DNA of 64,000 bases, taken from Paraburkholderia sp. GTDB taxonomy: Bacteria; Pseudomonadota; Gammaproteobacteria; Burkholderiales; Burkholderiaceae. Numbering within the stretch: position 1 is the stretch's first letter; each line of letters starts with the position of its first letter. The notes below the pieces were generated by a model, which saw nothing but the letters and a program-made list of their open reading frames with translations, did no database searches and was not told the DNA's origin. This document shows positions 18,733-28,171 of this stretch, one piece after another. A program made the translations under genes and the position numbers. The stretch is from positions 3,467-67,466 of the forward strand of contig NZ_DASZJJ010000089.1 in assembly GCF_035948235.1 (NCBI RefSeq), in the 5' to 3' direction.

Positions 18733-19782
18733 ATGCCAGGCTTTCCTCTCTACCAGCGGCACGATCAGGCCTTCTGCTCCCAGTATGCAAACGTCGAACA
18801 GGGCGCGGCCGCGCAGCCGCGCGTGCTGGTGGGGGCGCCCGGCACGATCGTCGAACACGATCGCGGCAACGCCGTCTACTACTACCGCCAGTTCATGGAC
18901 GCAGAGGGCAAGCGTCAGCAGCTCAGTCTGGGCGGCCCAAAGGGCGATGCCGAGGCCGACGAACGCGTCGCGGCAGTGACCGGGCAGATCGAACAGGCCA
19001 AGGATCTGATCAGCCGCATCCGGGAGCTGGCCAAACTTGGTTTTCAGATCGCCGATAACAAAACCTACGCGACCATGGCGGTCCTCTACAACCACGGTCT
19101 GTTCCAGGCGGGCGCGGTGCTGGTCGGCTCGCACGCCTATGCCGTGCTGCTCAACAGTCTGGGCATCAAGGCGATCGCCTACGAGACCGAGGATATCGAC
19201 ATCGCCCGCGCGCGCCAGCTCGCCTTGCAGAATCTGCCTTCGGGCGGCCTGCTCGACATCCTGCGGGAAACCGGCATCGATTTCGTGCCGGTGCCGCCGT
19301 TCAACCGGGGCGATCCGCCCACGTCGTTCAAGCAGGCGGGCAAGACGCGTTTTCACGTCGATCTGCTGGTGCCGTCGAAGGACGATACGTTTCCAACTGT
19401 TGCAGTGCCCGAACTCGGCGCGCATGCGAGCGGGATGCCGTACCTCGCGTACCTGCTGGGCCAGTCGCATATGGGCACGCTGATCTCGCGGCATGGCGCC
19501 GTGCCCGTGCGCGTGCCCGATCCGGCGCGCTTCGCGATCCACAAGATCCTCGTGTCGCGCCTGCGCACCAATATGCTGATCAAGTCGCAAAAGGACGTCC
19601 AGCAGGCCTGCGTGCTGCTGGCGATGCTCGGCGAGCATCGCAGCGGCGATATCGAGCAGGCCTGCGCGGATCTGCCGAAATCCGCGCGTGCGCTGGTGCG
19701 CCGCGCGCTACCCGACGTGCAACGCACGCTCGAGGCCCATGAGGGCGCGCTGGCCGAGTTCGAGGAAGGACTGGGCGCCTGA
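18733..19782 (+). CDS. Pol-beta-fold nucleotidyltransferase, GSU2403-family-like (AbiEii-related)
   Basis: The 349-aa ORF has minimal NTase motifs: VGSHAY ... TEDIDIA ... FHVDLLVP. The overall similarity to GSU2403-type NTase fold proteins is recalled from memory, and there is no obvious SD. Confidence 0.65.
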   Translation: MPGFPLYQRHDQAFCSQYANVEQGAAAQPRVLVGAPGTIVEHDRGNAVYYYRQFMDAEGKRQQLSLGGPKGDAEADERVAAVTGQIEQAKDLISRIRELAKLGFQIADNKTYATMAVLYNHGLFQAGAVLVGSHAYAVLLNSLGIKAIAYETEDIDIARARQLALQNLPSGGLLDILRETGIDFVPVPPFNRGDPPTSFKQAGKTRFHVDLLVPSKDDTFPTVAVPELGAHASGMPYLAYLLGQSHMGTLISRHGAVPVRVPDPARFAIHKILVSRLRTNMLIKSQKDVQQACVLLAMLGEHRSGDIEQACADLPKSARALVRRALPDVQRTLEAHEGALAEFEEGLGA

Positions 19783-19926
19783 AATGTGGGGCAGGTTCGG
19801 CCCAGGTCACGTGAGACGATCGGGCATGTTGTTGACGCGGACCGGCATTCGCGCGGCGCGCGCCCGGGCATAAAGTTCACTCCATCGACGGCGGCCTTCG
19901 CTGCCTCAGGTTTCAGGAGTGAAGTC

Positions 19927-20919
19927 ATGAACGCATGGATGACAAAACATGAGCCGATGCCCGCGGGCTTCTTCGGCATCGCGGTGGGCACGCTCGCGCT
20001 GGCGGGTGCATGGCGGGTCGCCGCAAAGCTTTGGGAAGTGCCGGCCTTCGCGGGCACGGCGCTGACGGTCCTGGCACTCGTGGTGTGGGCGGCCGTGATG
20101 GCGATGTATGGGCTCAAGTGGGTTGCGCACCGCGAAGCCGCACGCAAGGAATGGCAGCACGAAGTGCAGTCGTCGTTCGTGGCGCTCGGGCCGGTGTCGA
20201 CGATGCTGGCGGCGCAAGCGGTCAAGCTCTGGTCGCACGACGTGGGTCTGGCGCTGTTCGTGGCCGGAGCGGTGGCGCAAATCGGCGTGGGTGTGATGCT
20301 GCACGGCCGGCTCTGGCAAGGCGGCCGCAACGCCGAACTCGTGACGCCCGCGATCTATCTGCCGACTGTCGCGGCGGGTTTCGTGGCGGCCACGACGGCG
20401 GCAGCATTCGGCCTGCCGGAGCTGGCGGTGATGTTCTTCGGCAGCGGGGCGCTTTCGTGGCTCGCAATCGAATCGAAGCTGCTCAACCGCGCCGCGCTTG
20501 CCGCACCGACCGCGCCGGCCCTGCGTCCGACCTTTGGCGTGCAGCTCGCGCCGCCGGTGGTGGGCGGAGTCGCATGGATGGCGATCATGAGCAGCATGCA
20601 TGTGTCACTGACGGGCGCAGCAGGGATCGTGGCTTACGCGCTGCTCGGTTATGGCCTGTATCAAGCGCTGTTGCTGCTGCGTTTGCTGCCGTGGATTCGC
20701 GCCCAGGCTTTCGCGCCCTCGTACTGGGCCTTCAGCTTCGGCGTCGCGGCCCTGCCGACCCTCGCGATGCTCATCGCCCAGCACGGCGGTCCGCTGTGGG
20801 TGCATGAACTGGCTTTCGTCCTCTTCGTCGCTTCGACTGGCGTGATCGGCCTGCTGATGGTCAAGACCGTCGCGCTGCTGTGGGAAGGCAAGCTGCTGCC
20901 GGTCCGCGCGCTGCAATAA
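19927..20919 (+). CDS. tehA: TehA/TDT (SLAC1-like) family anion/tellurite-resistance transporter
   Basis: The 330-aa product has about 10 TM segments and the N-terminus MPAGFFGIAVGTLALAGAW typical of TehA. CAGGAGTGAAGTC precedes ATG 19927. Confidence 0.75.
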   Translation: MNAWMTKHEPMPAGFFGIAVGTLALAGAWRVAAKLWEVPAFAGTALTVLALVVWAAVMAMYGLKWVAHREAARKEWQHEVQSSFVALGPVSTMLAAQAVKLWSHDVGLALFVAGAVAQIGVGVMLHGRLWQGGRNAELVTPAIYLPTVAAGFVAATTAAAFGLPELAVMFFGSGALSWLAIESKLLNRAALAAPTAPALRPTFGVQLAPPVVGGVAWMAIMSSMHVSLTGAAGIVAYALLGYGLYQALLLLRLLPWIRAQAFAPSYWAFSFGVAALPTLAMLIAQHGGPLWVHELAFVLFVASTGVIGLLMVKTVALLWEGKLLPVRALQ

Positions 20920-20942
20920 CGCGATCAAAGCGCTGTCGATCA

Positions 20943-20973
20943 AGGCCTCACCTGTACGGTGAGGCCTTTTTTT
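20943..20973 (+). terminator. Rho-independent terminator
   Basis: AGGCCTCAC-CTGTACG-GTGAGGCCT followed by TTTTTT. Confidence 0.85.
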
Positions 20974-20989
20974 ACGTCGCTGTTTTACA

Positions 20990-21394
20990 TCACTGCTGCT
21001 GTTGCTTCTGCAGATACTGGCGAACGTCGGTGATCGATACGCGGCCCGAATGCGCCGCGTCGATCTGGTCGAAATGCTGCGCGATGTAGCCCAGGCCATT
21101 GGACTGCGCCTGCGCCTTCGTCACCGTCGCGCCTTGACTGAGCACCGTGTTCGCACCGAGACGCGCTTCGATGCGCTTTTGTGCTTCCTGCTGCAACTGC
21201 GTGCCCGTCGAAGGCGTCACGGGCTGCGGACGGTTGGCTGGAAAGAACGGGCCGTCAACGCCGTGTCCGCCTTTGGGCAACTGGACGGGCGCCACGGACT
21301 GGGTTGCCGCCTGCGCCGTGCCGATTACAGCAACGGCCACGAGGAGCGGCGCGATACGCCACAGCTTGCTGGATGGATACATGATCGCTCTCAT
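20990..21394 (-). CDS. Secreted protein with C-terminal EF-hand-like loop
   Basis: It has a signal peptide (..IGTAQA/AT) and a C-terminal FDQIDAAHSGRVSITDVRQYL resembling a Ca-binding loop. The exact start is uncertain. Confidence 0.6.
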   Translation of the reverse strand: MRAIMYPSSKLWRIAPLLVAVAVIGTAQAATQSVAPVQLPKGGHGVDGPFFPANRPQPVTPSTGTQLQQEAQKRIEARLGANTVLSQGATVTKAQAQSNGLGYIAQHFDQIDAAHSGRVSITDVRQYLQKQQQQ

Positions 21395-21444
21395 TCAAAT
21401 AGATAGATTGGAGTCCTGCATAAGCGTTCGAATCACGGAGCGAA

Positions 21445-23265
21445 TCACGGCTCGATCGCGGCCTGGGCGGTTGCGGTCGGCGAACCTGCGGGGCTTTCGT
21501 CGGGCCACGGCGCGGGCAGCGTCCACACAGAAAGCGCGAGCGGGATCGGCTGGCCGGCGTAATACTTGACGAGATCGCTCTTCATCTTCGGGCGCGCGGT
21601 GTCATCCAGATAGATCATGTGGCCGCCCGGGAAGAAGTTGACCTGCAGATTCGCATTCAGACCGGACACCGTCTGCAGTCGCGCAAGTTGTTTCTCCGTG
21701 TTGAAGAACGGTGTCGCCAGGTCGTGGTAGCCGTTCTCCGAAAGCACCTTCAACTGTGGATTGAGCGTGATCGCGCCCAGCAGGTCGGGCAGGGTGTCGG
21801 GCAGCGGCTGGCCGTCGTGCGAGAAGTCCCAGACATTGATGATGTTGTCGTTCAGCGGCATGAACGTCGCATTGGGCGCCGTATAGCCGAGGTAATCCGG
21901 CAACTGCGTGGCCAGTGCCGTCGTGAACGGCTGCGAGATCAGGATGTCCGAGGGATCGCCGTCCGATTGCAGGCGCGGGTCGGAGTTCGGCAGCGAAACG
22001 CGCCCGTCATAACGTCCGATCGTGGTGCCCGGAATCAAAGCGTTATTGAAGGGATTCACGTTGAAGTAGCCCTGCAACGCCTGCAAGGTCAGACTCGAAG
22101 GCCAGCGCCACGAATCCAGCGTGCGCGCGGGCGGGAACACCGGCGTGCCGAGCGCGTCGGGAATGCCTAGCTGACTCAGCGTCCACGTCTGCGCGTACTT
22201 CTTGAAGTGGTTGTACTGGCCCGTCGCAAAGATTTCCGATTGCAGCGCAAACAATCCCTGATCGATCAGCGGCGGCGAGGTCAGGTTGAAGTACGCGGCG
22301 ACTTCCGCATAGCCCGGGTAGTAGCCCGCGAGCGTATCGGTGTCCAGTTGCAGGCCGGCCGTCGAATCCGTGATGGCGGTGGCCTCGATCGCATCGGCGT
22401 AGTAGTTGAGGATCGACGACTGCAGCACGATGCCGGTGAGCGGTACGCCCGCTGTTTCGAGCGAAAGCGCGAGCATGTCCGTACGCGGCGTGCCATACGA
22501 TTCGCCGTAGAGATAGATCGGCGAGCTGCCGCGATTGTTGACGGCCAGATAGCGTTCGATGAAATCGCGCATCACGCTGACATCAGGATCGCAGCCCCAG
22601 AACTTCTGGTTGGTATTGGGCAGAATCGCTTCCGAAAGACCCGTGCCCGGTGGATCGATAAAGACCATGTCGGTGGTGTCGATCAGGCTGTCCGCGTTAT
22701 CGACGACCGGGAAATTCGGCCAGTTCGTGAGCAGCGGGTCGGGCGTGGCCACACGTGTCGGCGCGAACGAACCCAGGCGCAGCCAGATCGACGACGAACC
22801 TGGACCGCCGTTGTAGATGAAAGTGACCGGACGCGGCGAGCCGTTGGCCGAGGGCGCGGTGTAGGCGACATAGGACATGCTGGCCTCGGGATTGCCATTG
22901 GCGTCCGATGCGGTTAAATGCCCGGTGGTCGTCGTGTAATTGATGGTGGTTTTCCCGGATTTCCATTGGTAATGCATGACGGCGGCTTTTTCCGCCACCT
23001 GCGAAGCCGTCAGACCGTCATTGGCATTGGGCGAATAGGCAATTGGATCGATATAGGGTTGATTGGTACTGGAATTGGCATTCGATTGCGAGGCATTCTG
23101 CTGCGTGGCCGCGACCTGTTTCATCGCGGTGGCGGAAGCGCCGGAGCCGCTGTCGCCGCCCCCGCAACCTGCCAGCATCAGGATTGACGCGACCAACGCT
23201 CCCGGTCCGGCCAGCCGGCCCAAAGAGCGGGCGCGGCGCTTGCTATAACGGCTGTCCGCATTCAT
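21445..23265 (-). CDS. Peptidase S10 (serine carboxypeptidase-like) lipoprotein
   Basis: It has the GESYG serine motif (IYLYGESYGTPRT) and the lipobox LAGC after a basic N-terminus. ATG at 23265 follows AGGGACAGAT. Confidence 0.75.
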   Translation of the reverse strand: MNADSRYSKRRARSLGRLAGPGALVASILMLAGCGGGDSGSGASATAMKQVAATQQNASQSNANSSTNQPYIDPIAYSPNANDGLTASQVAEKAAVMHYQWKSGKTTINYTTTTGHLTASDANGNPEASMSYVAYTAPSANGSPRPVTFIYNGGPGSSSIWLRLGSFAPTRVATPDPLLTNWPNFPVVDNADSLIDTTDMVFIDPPGTGLSEAILPNTNQKFWGCDPDVSVMRDFIERYLAVNNRGSSPIYLYGESYGTPRTDMLALSLETAGVPLTGIVLQSSILNYYADAIEATAITDSTAGLQLDTDTLAGYYPGYAEVAAYFNLTSPPLIDQGLFALQSEIFATGQYNHFKKYAQTWTLSQLGIPDALGTPVFPPARTLDSWRWPSSLTLQALQGYFNVNPFNNALIPGTTIGRYDGRVSLPNSDPRLQSDGDPSDILISQPFTTALATQLPDYLGYTAPNATFMPLNDNIINVWDFSHDGQPLPDTLPDLLGAITLNPQLKVLSENGYHDLATPFFNTEKQLARLQTVSGLNANLQVNFFPGGHMIYLDDTARPKMKSDLVKYYAGQPIPLALSVWTLPAPWPDESPAGSPTATAQAAIEP

Positions 23266-23677
23266 ATCTGTCCCTGTGAATGGTGAATACCGCATGCGTC
23301 AATGCCGCGCTCGCCGGAACGCCGGATCGCAACGATTTAAAAAGACAAAGCGAATCCACGTCGGCGCGAATGTGGCTGACAATTAACTTTCTATAACCGA
23401 CATTTCTAATACAATTTGTTGCGGTGAAAATTAATCAGGATGCCTATTAAAAAGACAAAGGGAAGCCCCTGAAGCCAGAACGGCCTCTGGAGATTCCCCG
23501 TGGAAAGATTTGGTAATGAAAAGATGCAGAGGAAAAATAGAGTGTGTTGCAGTGCTTTGTCAAACACTGTTACACGCTATGCAGCATGGATGAATAGATG
23601 CCTTTAAAGGCGATTTAAAGCGAATCAACAAATTTCGGAAAATAAATCGGGGGAAACGTAAGCCGTATTCGGTCACG

Positions 23678-23697
23678 GTAATTGCATATGCAATTAC
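23678..23697. promoter_or_regulatory. Perfect 20-bp palindrome GTAATTGCATATGCAATTAC
   Basis: It is exactly self-complementary and lies in the AT-rich 0.5-kb spacer. The binding protein is unknown. Confidence 0.5.
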
Positions 23698-23732
23698 ATC
23701 GGGAAAATGAGAATCGCAAAGCAGAAATGCAT

Positions 23733-23762
23733 TTGCCCGCTATCGCGCACGACAGCGGGCAA
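23733..23762 (-). terminator. Putative terminator hairpin downstream of adhC
   Basis: TTGCCCGCT-12 nt-AGCGGGCAA is followed on the minus strand by a weak U-rich tract. Confidence 0.4.
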
Positions 23763-23809
23763 AAGGTGGCGGCACGATGACGTGCCGCGCGCGGGCCTCC
23801 GTGCAGGCC

Positions 23810-24964
<1,155 letters not shown>

Positions 24965-25010
24965 CTACCGGCGCGAGTCAATCAAGCTTCGAACGACTAA
25001 CCGCGAAGCC

Positions 25011-25286
25011 TCAGCGAAGATAGGAACGCACGAGCGAAACGACTTCGTCAATGGATTTTTTCGAGGTGTCGTCGGCGGGCGCGAGGCTTGAAAACTCCTC
25101 GCGCAGATGGCTTTCCAGCACGCCGGCCATCAAGCCGTTGATGGCGCCGCGCATGGCGGCAATCTGCTGGAGAATCGGCCCGCATTCCGCGCCTTCCTCA
25201 AGCGCGCGCTCAAGCGCGTCAAGCTGGCCGCGTACGCGGCGAACGCGGGCCAGAACGCGCTTTTTTTCTTCGACGGTGTGGGGCAT
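25011..25286 (-). CDS. frmR: FrmR/RcnR-family (CsoR-like, DUF156) formaldehyde-responsive repressor
   Basis: The 91-aa helical protein begins [29 protein letters not shown] and has a Cys in ECGPILQQ. It sits directly upstream of adhC. Confidence 0.85.
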   Translation of the reverse strand: MPHTVEEKKRVLARVRRVRGQLDALERALEEGAECGPILQQIAAMRGAINGLMAGVLESHLREEFSSLAPADDTSKKSIDEVVSLVRSYLR

Positions 25287-25302
25287 GATGGCTCCCGGTC
25301 AG

Positions 25303-25342
25303 ATACTGGACGGGAGTATGCCACAGTACTGCGGGGGAGTAT
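25303..25342. promoter_or_regulatory. Two tandem TACT-N7-AGTA sites with G-tracts, putative FrmR operator
   Basis: ATACTGGACGGGAGTAT and GTACTGCGGGGGAGTAT lie 17-56 nt upstream of the frmR start. The architecture matches the RcnR/FrmR-type TACT-G6-N-AGTA site. Confidence 0.65.
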
Positions 25343-25385
25343 AGGCTGGCGGGCAAATCCAGCGACAGGGAAGGCGTCCTCAGTC

Positions 25386-26222
25386 TTACGAATGGGCCCA
25401 CTGAAGCAGTTCCCACTTGGTGCGGACCTTGAGCTTGGCGAACGCGCGCTTGACATAGGATTCGGCGGTCGAGAGCTTCAATTCCAGCATCTGCGCGCTT
25501 TCAGGAATGGTTTTACCGCTTAGCATGCAGCGGCAAATTTCGCCTTCGCGGCGGGAAAGACGGATTTCCTCGCGCGCGATGCGCTCCTCGAATCGCGATA
25601 CGGGCGTGCCTTCGCGCCGTGGCGTGCTGATGCGGCGCGCTGACGCCGTTCTCGCATGCATCTCGCACAACGGGAACAGGAATTCGCTCATTTGCCGCAG
25701 CACCGCCAGTTCGCGCAGGGTGAAGGCGGCGCGGCCCTCGCAGCGGGCGAGGCCCAGCGAATAACGCTCGTTGCGCGTGCCATGCGAAATCACGCACTCC
25801 TGGGCAATGCGCGCGGGCGTGAATATCTCTCTCACGAAGCCATCGTCAGTGAGCGCGCCGACGTCGCGCTGAATCAGCAGCGTGCCGGTCGCGCCGCGAA
25901 TCGACATGAACAGCGGATCGCGGTCGCAATAAGCCGAGTAATAACGATCCATGATTTCGCAGATCAAGCCGTATTGGTCGCCGCTGCTGCCGATCCATTC
26001 CGTCGTGTAGCCCGAGGGATTACGCGTATCGGGGCGCACGCGTTCGAGGTGGATGGCGTCGGCCTGAACGTCGCCGGTAACGAAAGCCCCCAGTGAACGC
26101 ACGAAATCCGGTGTGCCCACATGGCCCACCAGATCGCCCAGCGCTCGCGGAGAAATAGATAGCGAGGTGAAATCGTCGCGCGCATGCGCGGATGCCGAAG
26201 CGTTGAGTGCCATCAGTGTCAC
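25386..26222 (-). CDS. LuxR-family transcriptional regulator (C-terminal HTH, no receiver domain)
   Basis: The C-terminus LSRREGEICRCMLSGKTIPESAQMLELKLSTAESYVKRAFAKLKV is a LuxR-type HTH. It is divergent from the amidohydrolase/MFS pair, and the start is either GTG 26222 or ATG 26213. Confidence 0.8.
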   Translation of the reverse strand: MTLMALNASASAHARDDFTSLSISPRALGDLVGHVGTPDFVRSLGAFVTGDVQADAIHLERVRPDTRNPSGYTTEWIGSSGDQYGLICEIMDRYYSAYCDRDPLFMSIRGATGTLLIQRDVGALTDDGFVREIFTPARIAQECVISHGTRNERYSLGLARCEGRAAFTLRELAVLRQMSEFLFPLCEMHARTASARRISTPRREGTPVSRFEERIAREEIRLSRREGEICRCMLSGKTIPESAQMLELKLSTAESYVKRAFAKLKVRTKWELLQWAHS

Positions 26223-26377
26223 GGTTGCTCGTCGGGGATAGACGCGATGCTAGCCGACCAATATTGCGCTGTCTGCCAGGGCAACGCCTGTCCCCCCAAA
26301 GCAGGGCAGACCAGCCTTTTGCGGCTGGATACATTCGCGCCACATCGATTGGGAACCACGATTCAAAGGAGCGACAG

Positions 26378-28135
26378 ATGGCGACACAGACTCACAACCT
26401 CACCTCGGGCAGCGAAGCCGCCGCGCACGCGGACACCGTATTTCGCAACGCGAAGGTCTATACGGTGGACCCGCACAAGCCGTGGGCCGACGCCGTCGCC
26501 GTGCGTGGCGACCGCATCGTCTATGTTGGCGATGAGGGGGGAATCACGCGATATATCGGCGAGAACACAAAAGTCGTGGATGCGGGCGGCCGCTTGATGC
26601 TGCCGGGCTTTGTCGAATCGCACTGGCATTTTTCGACCACGGCCTTCGCGTTCCAGGCGTTTGTGAATTACGAAGATCCGCAAAAGGTGCTGGCCGCGCT
26701 GGCCGAGTACGTTGCGGCGCATCCAGACGAAAAAAGTATCACAGGCATGGGGTGGATTCAGGCCACGATTCCGCCGGAACTGCTGCGCAAGGAAACGCTC
26801 GACGCGATTTGCGCGGATAAACCGGTCTGCCTGCTGTCGACCGATTTCCATACCATGTGGGTGAACTCGAAGGCGCTGGAGATCGGCGGCATCGACGCTG
26901 CGACGCCGCCTGTCGAAGAGGGTTCGAGCTGGTTCGAGAAAGATCCGGTCACGGGCGAGCCGACGGGCCTCGTCGTCGATGGCGCGGCCTATTCGCTGCT
27001 GATGCGCAGGATCAGCGATGCGGGTTATCTGCCCACGGGGATCGATCTGTATCTGCAGTCGATCGGCGTGTGGCAGGAAAAGCTGGTGGCGGCGGGCATC
27101 ACCACGGTTTTCGACGCGGGCTTTCTGGACCCGAGCGGCGACCAGACGCTGCTCTATGAAACGCTGCAGACCATGGAGCGCGCGAACAATCTCAAGCTGC
27201 GCGTGGTGGGCAGCTACGCGGCGCTGGGTCCCGTGGAAGATCCTGTAGGCACGCTGGTCGAATATCGCGCGAAGTATCAGTCGCCGCTCGTCAAGGCGCA
27301 GGCGCTGAAGCTCTTTCTGGACGGCACGGAGGCCAATCACACGGCTTATCTGCTCGCGCCTTATGCGGACCGCCCGCACACCTGCGGCGAGCCGACCATG
27401 CCCATCGACCAGTTCAAGCAATATCTGCTGCAGGCGGATAAAGAGCAGATCGACGTCATGGTGCATTGTGTCGGCGACGCCGCGGTGCGTACGGCGCTGG
27501 ACGGCTTCGAACTGGTCAACGCCACCAACCCGCCGCGCGAGCGCCGCCACGTCATCACGCATGCGTTCCTCACGCATCCCGACGATATCCCGCGTTTTCG
27601 CCGTCTTGGCGTGATGGCGAATACGCAATTGCAATGGGGCGTGGTGGACGTCTATACCGAGCTGATTCGCGAGCACTACGGCACGGAGCGCTGGAGCAAT
27701 ATGTACAAGTTCCGCACCTTCATTGAAGAAGGCGTGACGGTGTCGATCGGCATGGATGGACTGGCGTGCCAGTGCCGCTGCCAGCATCGGCCCGTCGAGC
27801 ACATCGAGTCGGGACACACGCGCCAGCTTGCCGGCGAACCCGACGCGCCCGTGTTTCCCGATATCAACGAGCGCTTGAGCGTGCCGCAACTGATCGCCGC
27901 ATACACGATCAACGGCGCCTATCAACTGCGCATGGAGCACGAAATCGGTTCGCTGACGGTCGGCAAGCGCGCGGATCTGATCGTGCTTGAAGACAATCTC
28001 TTCGAAGTGAAGAAGCACGATATCGGCCGCGTCAATATTGGCGTAACGATGATGAATGGCGCTGTGACGTACGCACAGGGCGCGCTGCTCGAACAACTGC
28101 ATAACGAAAACGCCAGCGCCACGGCCTGCGCTTAA
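26378..28135 (+). CDS. Amidohydrolase-family (amidohydrolase 3-like) metal-dependent hydrolase
   Basis: It has FRNAKVYTVD...AVAVRGDRIVYVGD...GGRLMLPGFVESHWH, the N-terminal metal-binding HxH context. AAAGGAGCGACAG precedes ATG 26378. Confidence 0.85.
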   Translation: MATQTHNLTSGSEAAAHADTVFRNAKVYTVDPHKPWADAVAVRGDRIVYVGDEGGITRYIGENTKVVDAGGRLMLPGFVESHWHFSTTAFAFQAFVNYEDPQKVLAALAEYVAAHPDEKSITGMGWIQATIPPELLRKETLDAICADKPVCLLSTDFHTMWVNSKALEIGGIDAATPPVEEGSSWFEKDPVTGEPTGLVVDGAAYSLLMRRISDAGYLPTGIDLYLQSIGVWQEKLVAAGITTVFDAGFLDPSGDQTLLYETLQTMERANNLKLRVVGSYAALGPVEDPVGTLVEYRAKYQSPLVKAQALKLFLDGTEANHTAYLLAPYADRPHTCGEPTMPIDQFKQYLLQADKEQIDVMVHCVGDAAVRTALDGFELVNATNPPRERRHVITHAFLTHPDDIPRFRRLGVMANTQLQWGVVDVYTELIREHYGTERWSNMYKFRTFIEEGVTVSIGMDGLACQCRCQHRPVEHIESGHTRQLAGEPDAPVFPDINERLSVPQLIAAYTINGAYQLRMEHEIGSLTVGKRADLIVLEDNLFEVKKHDIGRVNIGVTMMNGAVTYAQGALLEQLHNENASATACA

Positions 28136-28171
28136 CCCCCAACATCGCCATCCTGATTCGGAGACCGAACT

